A stretch of DNA of 64,000 nt from Camelus dromedarius (Eukaryota). The notes beneath the pieces were generated by a model. It saw only the letters and a list, made by a program, of their open reading frames with translations. It did not search any database and had not been told where the DNA came from. The DNA lies in contig NC_087437.1 of assembly GCF_036321535.1 (NCBI RefSeq), positions 79,238,001-79,302,000 on the forward strand. The letters run 5' to 3'. The translations under genes were made by a program, and so were the position numbers. Positions within the stretch are counted from its first letter, which is position 1; the number at the start of each line of letters is the position of its first letter. Shown here in pieces: positions 14,170-25,699 of the stretch.

Positions 14170-15663
14170 ATGTATGCTTGTGTTACATTTAATAGTGATA
14201 TCTCGGTAGACCTCGCTGTTTTTATTAAACCAACAACATTAAACGTCTTTGCCTAAGATGTACCTAAGTTATGTAAACTTGAATTCTTAAAACATTGGGG
14301 TTATTTTCTATAAGAATGCTTTTGAAAGTTCTGAAAGTTAAATATGTTTAATTTCTGAGAACTTTAGGAATATTAAATTTATTAAGTGTTTAACTCTAAA
14401 AAATTTAGAATGGAGCTTCTAAAAGGAATTTTATAATCAGATTTGGTAATACCAATGGAAGATTGGTAAATATTACATGTATATAATCTACACACATACA
14501 TACGTACATAATATACAGATACCAAGACAGACAAAAATGGAGAGCTTATAGCTTCAATTCTATAATTTCAATCAACTGAATCGTATAAAAGAGCTATCTT
14601 TTGTCTTGCCCGCCTTTACATTTTTTACCAGGATTGTGTTTCTGGAAGATGGGACAGTTGAGTTTACCTGCTTAATAGCATCCCCACCAATATTTGTGGA
14701 GGACAGCTTTAAGATTTCCTCTGTTCTGGTGTGTAGTCTTATGGAGGCCATGGCCTAAATTTTGAGTAAAGGACTGAAGAGAGACCAAGAGAACACCACA
14801 GTGTCTTCAAAGCTCATCTGAGGAGTAAAATATCTAATCTGTTTCCAACTAACATTTTCACCTAAAGTGGTTGCTCCTGGGGCTCCCTGAGCTTCTTGAG
14901 AGAGAATTAACCATAGGGAGCTCAGGGGCTGTTGTGGGGAGGGGAAGGTCTGGCAGAGGTGAACAGAATGGAGGAGGAGGTAGAGGTGTCAAAGGGGAAC
15001 AAATCAAAGGACTCAAAGGAACTGAAAATACGGTGGGATGTGGAGGAAAGGAAAGAGTAATGGGAGTAAGGGGAAAAGAGAGATCTTAGATGAGGCAGTT
15101 TGAGGAGTGTCCAAATATCCCACAATATCCATGGTAATTCTGAATAATCTTTAGTAAAATTTTGCCATTGTTGGAGATAATGAACTGAATGAGTACCATA
15201 ATGTGAAGCATGTAGTCACCAAAAGAGGAATGAGAGTCACCCATAGGATGAGATAATTAAATCAGATGGGCCAGGCCAGGAAAGAGCCATGATCAATTAA
15301 TCTTCTCACACAGTCTCCAAGTTGAAAGATGAAGAAATACCCCTATCCAATCGATGGGTTTGAGGAATGATGAGATTACCTTCCATAATCCCTAGGTTAA
15401 AGAGGCTGAAGGAAAACTTAAAAGAGGCTTCACAAAGAAGCCAAAAAAAAAAAAAAAAAAAGATTCCCACCTAAAAGAAAATAATTTCTCTTGATGCTGT
15501 AACAGACAGATGTCTGGAGCACTAGATTAGGAGTTCCGAATAACTACTGTGGAGCTGGATTCCCCAGCTGGAGAAGGACACAAAGGGTCTAAGAAACCAG
15601 TATTAATACAGCAGGGTCTGCAGAGTGGTTGGCATGCCATCTGAGGCACAGCAGCAGCAAACT
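14170..15663 (-). mobile_element. ERV1 internal sequence (leader, gag remnant, AT-rich spacer) attached to MER67C-like LTR; 3'-truncated
   Basis: Directly downstream (minus strand) of the LTR; contains a gag-MA-like translation and an AT-rich tract like MER4-group internals. Confidence 0.7.
14922..15215 (-). pseudogene. gag: Degenerate ERV1 gag matrix remnant
   Basis: Minus-strand translation HYGTHSVHYLQQWQNFTKDYSELPWILWDIWTLLKLPHLR followed by an S/P-rich tract; resembles the class I ERV MA motif YG..S..L..W...TKD..EL.W..WG...KL..LR. Confidence 0.6.
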
Positions 15664-16228
15664 CTTAAATAAAAACAAATCTGGACTTAGGAAAGGAAAT
15701 GTGTCATGCAAAAAGATTATTGAAATAGGGAAAATGATGCTAATGAAATAGGGTTAAAGGGGCTGTTGCAACAAGAATACTCTGACTATAAGATCTGCAA
15801 GTGTCTCAAAGTTCAGGCAGAAAAGGGCTTTTTTTTCATAGGGAGGACTAAACAAGGCTAAGATATGAGGCAGGGGATGCTGTTTAGACTGTTGATCAGA
15901 GAATGTCTGTCCTTGTGGTTAGCCTATACTCAGGAGAGGCCATCAAAGAGAAGTTGTGTGCTGCCTTAGGCTGAGTGTGGATGCAACTTTATGAATTTGG
16001 AGAAAAGAGAAAAGATTTAAGTGAAGTTTGGTCAAGTGGAGCATTTCATCCAGATTGGACAGTGAGTCCAGATTAACATTTCAGTTAATCATTTACAAGG
16101 TAGACATGGGAATTTGGAAGATCTGTATCTGGACTTGTCATAGGTAAACAAGGGGAAGTGTCCATGAATTTTACCTAAACCATATTGGAAAGAGTGATTC
16201 TTTGCAGTAAGTCCTTTCTTGGAACACA
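15664..16228 (-). mobile_element. ERV1 LTR, MER67C-like
   Basis: Minus strand begins TGTGTTCCAAGAAAGGACTTACTGCAAAGAATCAC...TTGTTTACCTATGACAAGTCCAGATACAGA and ends ...AAGTCCAGATTTGTTTTTATTT, matching recalled MER67C consensus. Confidence 0.85.
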
Positions 16229-16264
16229 TGTATCTCATGTGCATGTTTACTAGGCTTGTGCTGT

Positions 16265-16417
16265 GCACATTGTCCAAAGAAAGTCATGTGACACATGACA
16301 GTCCAGACCCAAGGAGGGGGATTATACATCTTAATAGAGTAAGAGGAACAGCAAAATCACTCGGCAAGGAGAATGGGTAGGAGTGAAGAATGAGTAATGA
16401 TAATACAATTTCTCATA
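16265..16417 (-). mobile_element. MaLR LTR fragment (MLT1J/K-like)
   Basis: ccaaagaaagtcatgtg...gaggaacagcaaaatcact...ggagtgaagaat...tacaatttctcata resembles antisense MLT1 5' end. Confidence 0.55.
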
Positions 16418-17714
16418 GTTATAGGATATGGAATATCATGATCAAGGAGTATAAATCCTTATATAAGGAGAGGTCTGGGTAGAAAGAACAACGTGAAAGC
16501 TTCCTCTACTATTATACATTTACGTTACACCTTCATTAATTCACTTCATAAGTTCTTATGTTACACAGTCATAGCTCTTCATAGGTTTCCTAAAAGTTAC
16601 CACTTATTTATTCTTTTTACCAGACTACCTTCATCTTCTCCTTCACACTGTATCTTCTCTGTCATCCTCTGTCTCAGAACTTTGTATCTGGAAGAGTTAG
16701 AAAACTTTCTGAGAATAGAATGGGTCATGTTATATCTCCCCTGTACTTCAAGCTTTATGCAAAGCCATTGAAATACAGATTAACTGTCATTTCTTTCCTT
16801 TTCATCTTAATCAACTTTTGCAGCTCCTAAACTCTCCCTCTGTGTAGTGATGGTACAACAAAATAGCTCCACCACTCATAGCTGTCCCCATCGTTGCATG
16901 TCTTTATTTCCTTTTTTAATTCTATTAATCATTATCATTGACATCTGCAGTATCATTTCATTCATGGAACAGTTTTGTCTTTTAACCTCTATGTCATATT
17001 TAAACATGTTGAATGACAATAGGAATTAGGGCAAAGTTATTGGTCTGAGGCTTAAAGATTGGGTGAAAAAAATTTAAAATTCATACAATCACAATCTAAA
17101 TCAGCGCAGCTTTTGAACTCATAGGTGGAATATACCAGTGTGCTTTCCATTTTATCCAAAACTGAATGGAGTTTGTATGAAAATTATATGTCTATGGAAC
17201 TTTCCAATTGTATGGCATACCTTGGGATAGAGTGAGAGTGTCATTCTACATCTTCTGTTATGTTCTCCTTTGTTCATTTCTTTCAAAATATGTCATATTG
17301 ACAGCATTGAAACAATACCAGAGAGAATTGTGTATACCTTTACTAAATAACTAACCCGTCTCATGAGAGAAGGAAACTCCTTAGGCCATAGAATGGAAAC
17401 CAAAGCCAAGATTTCAGTAAGACTTCCTAGAGAGGAAAAAGCCTTCTTCAGAGGAGGGAAGTGTAAGTTACGCTTCATCATGCTGTTTTTCAGAACTTTT
17501 CTGTGACAGTTTGAATAACAGAGGGTGGTTCTTGCTTTTGTAGAGATTATTACCTGGGCGGCAGTTCAAACTGTTCTGTTGGTTTACACCGCAAATCAGG
17601 TAGCATTTATCTGAATAGCAGAATGATGTAGAAGAGGAATGGGAAACAATTACAGAAATATTTTCCTTGGAAGAGGAAGGAGCTGGGGCCATCCATGGTG
17701 CTGAAAGAAAATGG

Positions 17715-18229
17715 TTTTATCCTGTTTCTCCTATTCTCCATGATTTTCTCCTTTCTGAAAGTCTACAGAGAGGAAGGTATTCACAGCTTTCCTTCTGCAG
17801 TGTCTATTCAAGGATGATTGACTATCAAACCACCTTGGAAGATAGGGACCATGTCTCTCTCCTGGGCAGAAGGAGGAGAGGGCAGATTTGTTTAAGATGA
17901 TGTCTCCTCCTGGGGCAAATGTTGAGCAAGTTGTTAGCAGGTCCCTTACAATATCAGTGATTCCCTGATATCGAGAACTCAGATTTCTTCAGCTGAGATG
18001 AAAATCTGCTGTGTGTGTAGCAACCAGAAGCCTGCATCATGTGAGACTTGGGGGCCAGGGAGATCAGGTGTGACATAAAGTTCATGGTGCCTGCTGTGCT
18101 ATGATTGCTGAAGTCCTCTGTCTCTGACTCTAGAATCTTAAGTCTTCTGCCAGGGTCTTCAAAACCGGTTGGCTAATGGGTTATCTTGCAAGCAAATGTA
18201 AAATCTGAGACCCTCCAGAGTTCTTGATG
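17715..18229 (+). mobile_element. ERVL-type solo LTR (MER74/MER73/MER54-like)
   Basis: 3' end gtctctgactctagaatc...cttctgccag...tgtaaaatctgagaccctccagagttcttga matches the recalled family 3' end; subfamily uncertain. Confidence 0.7.
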
Positions 18230-18990
18230 GCACGTAGATTTTAAGATGAAAGTATCTAAAAAAGAACACACTAATTTGTTACCAGGGTCCTGAAATTTAT
18301 AATATTAAAACGTCTATTTTTCTAATATAGGATTCTGTTAAAAATATTTGATAATAACAAATAACAAAAGAAAGATATGAAACAGGTTGATCTGCATACG
18401 CTGTAAGCAGAGAAATAAAAACTTCATCAAGCCAAGGCCTACCACAATCAAGCTCAGCCTCTTTCTGAAAATCAAACAGAAATTATTCTACACTTCAACT
18501 CCTTCCTCACCCAATCTGAGATCCCATTCTTTCATCATATTGGCCCATCATTCCAAGGCTTTCTGAAAAAAAAAAATTAAACTGGACCTTAAAGACCACT
18601 GAAAAATAATTGACTTCTTGGGGTATATTTAGATGTTGGTGCTAGGATATGAAGTCAGTGTAAGAATGTTCTTAAAATTCATGAGTTCATGTGTTAAGAC
18701 CTTTTATCTTACGTAACAAGCTATATTATGAACAAATTATTTTATTTTTTTCATAATAACTTTATATTTTCAGTATTTATAGGGGGAATGGAAGGTTCCC
18801 TTAGGTAAAATACCAAATGTAATTCTAAAGTACTTCCTAGGTAAGAAAATACTCAATGATTTTACCTTTTTGGAAATAATACTGTACTTCAAAATATCAA
18901 ATTGAATTTATTGCAAGGTAGCAGAAAATTCAGAATGTAAGTCACCATTGTGGGAAAGACTAAATAGGGAAAACCAAGTGGAAGTTAATT

Positions 18991-19418
18991 AAGTAGCTCT
19001 CAGTGAAAAGATAAATAACTTAAAATTTCTTTACAAAGTTCAAAATTTTTGAAGATCTCAAATTAATTTGTTTATATGAATTATATCTATCAGTATATAC
19101 TATATTAAAATTTTTAAATGAGAAAATGTTTGAAGTAATTATTTTAAGAATAAAATAAACCTGTGACATGATCACAGAGATTATAATTTTATAAAAAATA
19201 AATACAATTTTCAAAAAATTCAATTGTGAGAATTATGTTATTGTTTCCTATTTTTACAAACCTCTGTAATGTGCAGCTTAATGGAAAATAGCTAAATTCT
19301 TTTGCTTGCTTCTGTGTAGAATCTGTTTTAACAGGCTGTTCTATTGGTATGAGGTAAAAAAAATCTCACCTCATACACATATGTAATTTGTCCTCAGCCC
19401 ACACTTTGAGAACTACTA
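18991..19418. mobile_element. hAT-Charlie DNA transposon (Charlie1-like), internally deleted
   Basis: cttaatggaaaatagctaaattct...gcttctgtgtagaatctgtt...cctcatacacatatgta and terminus ccacactttgagaactact match Charlie1. Confidence 0.7.
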
Positions 19419-19517
19419 TCCTAAATTATATTGGCATCACCAAATTTGAAGAAGCTTAAGCCAATGCTTTATGTCCAAAATCTTTTAATTAGAAGAATTT
19501 GAGGTCCATGAAATTTC

Positions 19518-20341
19518 TTTTTTTTTATGATTCCATTTATTTATTTTTATTTTTTAAGCTTTTTTAATTGAGTTATAGTCATTTTACAATGTTGTGTCAA
19601 ATTCCAGTGTAGAGCACAATTTTTCAGTTATACGTGAACATATATATATACATTGTCACATTTTTTTCGCTGTGAGCTACCACAAGATCTTGTGTATATT
19701 CCCCTGTGCTTTACAGTATAATCTTGTTTATCTATTCTACATTTTGAAATCCCAGTCTGTCCCTTCCCACCACCCACCCCCTTGGCAACCACAAGTTTGT
19801 ATTCTATGTCTGTGAGTCTGTTTCTGTTTTGTATTTATGTTTTGTTTTGTTTTTTTAGATTCCACATATGAGCGATCTCATATGGTATTTTTCTTTCTCT
19901 TTCTGGCTTACTTCACTTAGAATGACATTCTCCAGGAACATCCATATTGCTGTAAATGGCATTATGTTGTTGGTTTTTATGGCTGAATAGTATTCCATTG
20001 TACAAATATACCACTTCTTCTTTATCCAGTCATCTGTTGATGGGCATTTAGGCTGTTTCCATGTCTTGGCTATTGTAAATAGTGCTACAATGAACATTGG
20101 GGTGCAGGTGTCATTTTGAAGTAGGGTTCCTTCTGGATATATGTCCAGGAGTGGGATTCCTGCGTCATATGGTAAGTCTATTCCTAGTCTTTTGAGGAAT
20201 CTCCATACTGTTTTCCACAGTGGCTGCACCAAACTGCATTCCCACCAGCAGTGTAGGAGGGTTCCCCTTTCTCCACAGCCTCTCCAGCATTTGTCATTTG
20301 TGGGCTTTTGAATGATGGACATTCTGACTGGTGTGAGGTGA
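19518..20341 (-). mobile_element. Young 5'-truncated L1 (ORF2 C-terminal ~160 codons + 3'UTR + A-rich tail)
   Basis: Uninterrupted ORF2p C-terminus HLTPVRM...[18 protein letters not shown]...YHMRSLICGI* (19855-20340) with C-x3-C-x7-H-x4-C motif; T-rich tail at 19518-19567. Confidence 0.97.
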
Positions 20342-20904
20342 CCACGGAGGTGAATTTTTGAAGGGCATACGATTTCCAATACAGCTAGAATTAGAGATCA
20401 GATACCATAATGTTTTTCCGATGCTCTTTCCAAAATAACACAGTCAGAGACCAGCAAGTTCTGTCCTTTCTTTGCCTAATTAATAAATAATATAAAATAT
20501 AAAATTACCAGTGCTCCTAGAACTTTGCAAATTCACCTCACAAAATTACAAGTCAATCTTTAACCTTGTGAATGAGATTATTTTCTGACCCCAGATTGGA
20601 TTCTAATATTTTATTATCTTCCCTTGCTTCCAATAAAGCACATTAAACTTACTCACTGTATTAGTGCCCTGCCCCGTCTAGCATTCTTTTCATTGTATTT
20701 CTAGAACTTGGACTCTTACACCTTTCCTCCATTGTTTTTGAATGACTGAACTGTTGACATTATGTATAGCAACACTGAAATATTTCCTGCAGGCACTGAT
20801 AGACTTAGTGTTCAAGATTATTGGTTGTATACATGACATCAAAGCACAGGATAACAAAACAGAAGAGACATAGCATAAAGAAATAATTTAGTCACTGAGT
20901 TAAA

Positions 20905-21150
20905 TACTAAAAATAGTGATGTCTATGGTGCTTTGTGTGATGGATAATGTGCTAAAAGCTTTTAAAAATAAGCTACTTCTCATAATGACCCTATGATGTA
21001 AATTTTTTTTCATGTATTTCTAGATGAGGAAACTGAGCAAAAAGAAGGAAGTAGCTTGCCCATGATCACAGTATAAGGTAAATCTACAAATCAAATTCAT
21101 AATACTGAATCTGATTTCACACCCAGCAATTCACCACTATACTAAACTGC
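20905..21150 (-). mobile_element. MIR SINE
   Basis: agatgaggaaactgag...gtagcttgcccatgatcacag antisense MIR core. Confidence 0.8.
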
Positions 21151-21735
21151 CTTTTATAAAAAAAGAGTATTTTATTTAATGACTTAAGTGTTCACCTATT
21201 TGCCATCCTTATTCATTTTTCAATGAGTTGATATTAATGCCTTTACAGATGGCTCCGTCTGTTCTGTGTCACCATTGAAAAAAATTCTCACACACTCTAG
21301 CTACATTTCAGCATTTAAAAACACCAAGAGAATTGAAATAATGGAATATCAGAGGGTGCATTAATGAACACCTCTTTTTTATTTTTTAATAATGTGATGG
21401 TTTAGTCAGGTTAGAAACACTGAGCTTTAGATAAAAAGACTAAAATAGATAATAAATTGGGCACACTGAAAATATTCATTTGGGGAATTAATTTACAATA
21501 TTGCAAACATAATTACAGCCTAATTGAAATACATTTTTTCTCTTATGGATATTTATTTTTAATTTATTAATTTCAATGCTCATTATATTCTGATTACACT
21601 CTCTTTCTGGAGGAAATAAGATTTGAAGTGCCTTGCATTGTGTTTATTGTAATTTTATACAGAAATTATAGATTTGACATGTACTTGAATCTACTGTACT
21701 TTCTCTTCAGTTTCCTTTTTAAGTTGATTGTATTT

Positions 21736-21773
21736 GAGAGAGAGAGAGAGCGGAAAAAAAAAAAAAAAAAAAA
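21736..21773. repeat. (GA)7 microsatellite plus A20 tract
   Basis: gagagagagagagagcgg followed by 20 A. Confidence 0.95.
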
Positions 21774-23299
21774 GATCTTCAGTTGCAAATCAGTCCCTGA
21801 ATGAAGAGAGCTTATTTAAAGTGCTATGAGTGGTGTATCTACTGTGAAAACTTTATTTTTAATGGAATTACCAATGTGCTGTGTGAATCATGGGAAAACA
21901 TATCTGCTTTCATAACTATCTTGTAGTGATTTCTTCTTGTCACTTAATACTGATAATTAAGACTAAATTATGTCTTATTTTGTAGGTGAATTAATTTTTT
22001 AGACATTTTTGGAGAAGGCATAAAAAATGAAAACTAACTTCCTATTTGTTAGATTAAATTGCTCCAAAACCTACAACTCTATGTACTACATATATGTAAA
22101 GTGCCTTACCTGGGCAATATTTGGACTTTCATTCTTCAACTGAACAATGAACCTTTTGAGTAAGGTATCATCTTGGCACTTAGCTGATTAATTCTTACAC
22201 ATATTGACTGTTCTTATACCTTATTAGGAATTATGTGTTGGTGTGAGTATATACATGCACAGAAAATGATATGCAGTCTAGTACATAATGATGAATGTTA
22301 CCAGCATTAGAATTAAGTATAACAAAGATCAACGAGAGTGAAAATACTCAGGAAATGATTTGAAAATCTGATAGGCAGACCCTGTTGAGGACTGAGAAAA
22401 TGGGAGGCATTCTATGAAGAACAAATAACATAAGTAAAGTCATAAAAACAGATTTAGGAAAGAAATAACAGGTAAGATTGAAAAGTGGGGAAAACAGAGG
22501 AAAGCCATATTTACTACTTTTTCATAACAAAATTAGATGTAATCTTCATTTGATTGTCAACTCAATGATGTTTTTGTAAACAGTAAAAACTTAAAATCAC
22601 CAAATGTACAAGGGTACACAGAGGATAGAAAGTTATTGTTAGCCTCTTCCCTGTGATAATCGCTCTCAGCATTTTGAAGTACATCCTACTTGTCCTGTAC
22701 TCTGCTCCCTGTACAGGTTGGTACATAATGAGAAAGAGACGGAAGTGGAGGGCACAGACTTGGAATACCTTATTATCTTCCTGAAGCCAAGAAGCCATGG
22801 GGGCAAGCAGGGACATCACTTAAACCTGTATCAAAGGTTTGGATTTTTCTTGAAGATATACATAGATTTCAGTTTTCTTTCATTTTCACAATATTCTCAC
22901 AGTTTTAGCCACCTTCAAAAATAAGTGAATGATGGGAAGTTTAAGGGGTGGGCTGGCAGTGAAGGAATTAATAAACTCCGCTTCAAATCTATAGGTAAAA
23001 TTCTGAGGGTTTTTAAAAAATTTCTTAGCATTTAGTCATCTTTCATGTTTATTCATAAGCATTCAATGATTTGGGACTTACTTGACATTTTAGCTCCTAG
23101 AATATAGTATGATTCCTCAATCCTCATCAGATAAATGCGAACAATTAGATGACTTTATGTATCAACTAGGGGAAAATTCTGAAGTTTTTCAAGGCCATAA
23201 GTAAGCATAAATTATAAATAAATAATTCTGTTTAGTAGGTGACAAGAGGAGAGAAGAGAATGTCCAATTCCACTGTTTGAACAAGACCACAAAAATACA

Positions 23300-24390
23300 C
23301 ATCTGCATAAACACATATATGCACATTCATATTCACCTACATATTTTTTAGTTCATGTATCATATATGGTTCTGTACTGTACTTCCCATGTTTGCTTTTC
23401 CAAATCAAAACATATAAATTTGTGTCATTATTTTAGATAAACTCAGATTTATGGATATCAATAACATCTTCTTAAATTCTATTCCAATAAAGAGTGCATA
23501 TTTCATATCTTTCCATATTATAAATGTTACTGCAGTAAACAAACTTGTGCATTATAATATGAACCTCATATCATAGTTTTCCTAACATAAATTGTTAGGA
23601 ATAATTTGCCATGTCAGATTGTTAGATTATTTTAAGATTTTAAAATATATGTCAAAATTATTTTCCAAAAATGATACCAAGTTAGCATTCACTCAGTACA
23701 TATAGGACTGCAATTTTCTTTCAGCCTCACTAAGAGTGAATACACATTTTCAGTTCAGATAAAAAACGGAATATTATACAGCCAATGCAAATTGTCTTTG
23801 AAGCATATCAAATGTTAGTAAACTTTCATATAAATGAAAAAAAATTGTCCAAGTCTTCATTAATACATATATGAATATTTATATATCCTTACCATTCTGC
23901 ATCGACATATCATATATGGAAGAAAATATTCCAGTTTGCTAGCTGGATAATAGCATTACATTGGACTTTTACTTTCATTTCTATACTTACTGAATTTTCA
24001 ATTTTCTACATTAATTAAAATCACCTGTGGAAAAATATTCAAATACTTGATATACAGATTATTTTCTATTTCTCTCTCCAGTTTGGAAAGTAATAACAAT
24101 ACCTTATTTAACAACATGTGTTTATGAGATTGTCATTCTGAATAGTCATGTGTTTGATATGAAGGATATTTAAGTTCTATTCACATATACAGACATTTTA
24201 TGTCATTTTCTGTGAATTTCTCCTGTGAGTTCTTTTTCTTTTTTCTACTATGTGTTTGTTTTCTTGTTTATTTTCAAAGGGTTTAGAATATAAGAAAAAC
24301 AGTAATCTTTTTTCATTTGTTTAAGGTTTTTTTTTTTTGGCTTTTAACTGTGGATCTTAGTCATTTAATATTCTAATGTAGTAAAATCAT
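23300..24390 (-). mobile_element. Old degraded L1 fragments
   Basis: Antisense ORF2-end motifs: ataaatgttactgcagtaaacaaacttgtgc, aattattttccaaaaatgataccaag. Confidence 0.55.
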
Positions 24391-24404
24391 GTAGTGAGAA
24401 AAAA

Positions 24405-24910
24405 AAAGGATGTGCCTTCAAATCCATTTCTTGCCCTGTCCTTTCCCAAGATGAATGGGTGGTAGGAAAAGACACTGACCCCTAACAGGCCCATTTCTAA
24501 GCCCACTGTGTCATCTAGCTTCATGCTGGTTGTGAAAATAAATGATGTTGGCTGGAGAATAAAATGTATGAGACAGGAGGAAACCAAAGTCTTTCTCCAG
24601 GAACCTCTTGGCCTCAACTGTTATCTGTAGGCATCTCTAGTCACATATCCTCCTTGTTTCTAGGTGGGCCATCCTACATTAGTTCTAGCTTTTTGTGAAG
24701 CACTTCAGTCCTTGAGGTCCAGTAACACCTCTTCCTGCTTTTGTCCCTCAAGGCTGACAGTGGCATTGGCTCCCTGCTGCTGCGAATTTCTGGGTTTCTA
24801 CTTTGTCTCTTATGGTATCTCAGCATCTCCATTATTGGAGGCCCCTGCATTCCTTTGTTGGAATTACTTGAAGTGGTTTCTATTTCCCTGATGAAGTCTT
24901 GATAGGTACA
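24405..24910 (+). mobile_element. ERVL LTR, LTR33-like
   Basis: ccagtaacacctcttcctgcttttgtccctcaaggct...ggctccctgctgctg...tttccctgatgaagtcttgataggtaca matches the recalled LTR33 3' half; ends in CA. Confidence 0.7.
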
Positions 24911-24949
24911 CTGTTCATGGAATAAGCATGGTCTGGTGTTTTCAAGTAT

Positions 24950-25095
24950 GCCATCTCAGTTAATCCTCACAATCTGTATATGCAAAGTACAAAGATGAGA
25001 AAAATTGAAGCCCAGACAGATTAAAGGACCTCTTCAGACCACATGGTTAAAGAATAACAGACATATGAGTTGAGGCCAGGTCTTCATGGTTCCAG
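24950..25095 (-). mobile_element. MIR SINE
   Basis: ttaatcctcacaa...aaagatgagaaaattgaagcccagacagattaaa. Confidence 0.7.
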
Positions 25096-25543
25096 GACCA
25101 CATACCTGAGAGTGGAATAGGTCTACAGAGGTGAGTTGAACCAGATTGTGGAGGTCTTGTGTGCCAGGGTTTATCATACATGAATAAAATATTGTGATTT
25201 TTTGTTTTTATCATATACTTTCTTAGAAACAATGTTTATAAAAAAAATAAAGATTATAATGTCAAACTACAGAAGCAGACCTAGATGAAGATTTTTTACT
25301 AATTACCTGGTCATTTGTGAAAAATATTTTATTGAATTCTTAATACTAAAGAATGGTGCTGAGAGGAAGATTTTGTTCTATTTGATTAAAATAATGGTTT
25401 TCATTCATTCCATTCACATACAATTGCATTCATCAATCTCAGTGTTGTCTTGGTTGTTCATCTCAGTAATTCTAACAGATCATATTTAGGCTCCAGGATA
25501 AGTTATGTTATTTTCTAAATGATGAGACCTCTGTGAGTGAGTG

Positions 25544-25586
25544 TTTTTTTGTTTTTTGTTTTTGTTTTTGTTTTTGTTTTTGTTTT
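25544..25586. repeat. (TTTTTG)n simple repeat
   Basis: Directly visible, about 7 units. Confidence 0.95.
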
Positions 25587-25699
25587 ACTATAGCGGGAAC
25601 ATGCTTTCATTAGCACTTTCATTCAGAAGGATTCAGTGGATACAGGAGTAAGAAAGAACATCTCTTAAAAATCAAGGTAATTATAAGAAAGTGTGAAAT

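Noticed and set aside
17544..17599. Possible small exon (ttttgtag|...cag|gtagca)
   Set aside because: Weak donor, no recognisable peptide, no partner exons
19855..20379. 174-aa ORF as a gene or chimeric protein
   Set aside because: It is the L1 ORF2p C-terminus; the first ~13 residues come from flanking DNA and the start codon is TTG, not ATG
22718..22924. Acceptor-like site (ctctgctccctgtacag) followed by an open frame
   Set aside because: No good donor and no homology I recognise; a lncRNA exon cannot be excluded
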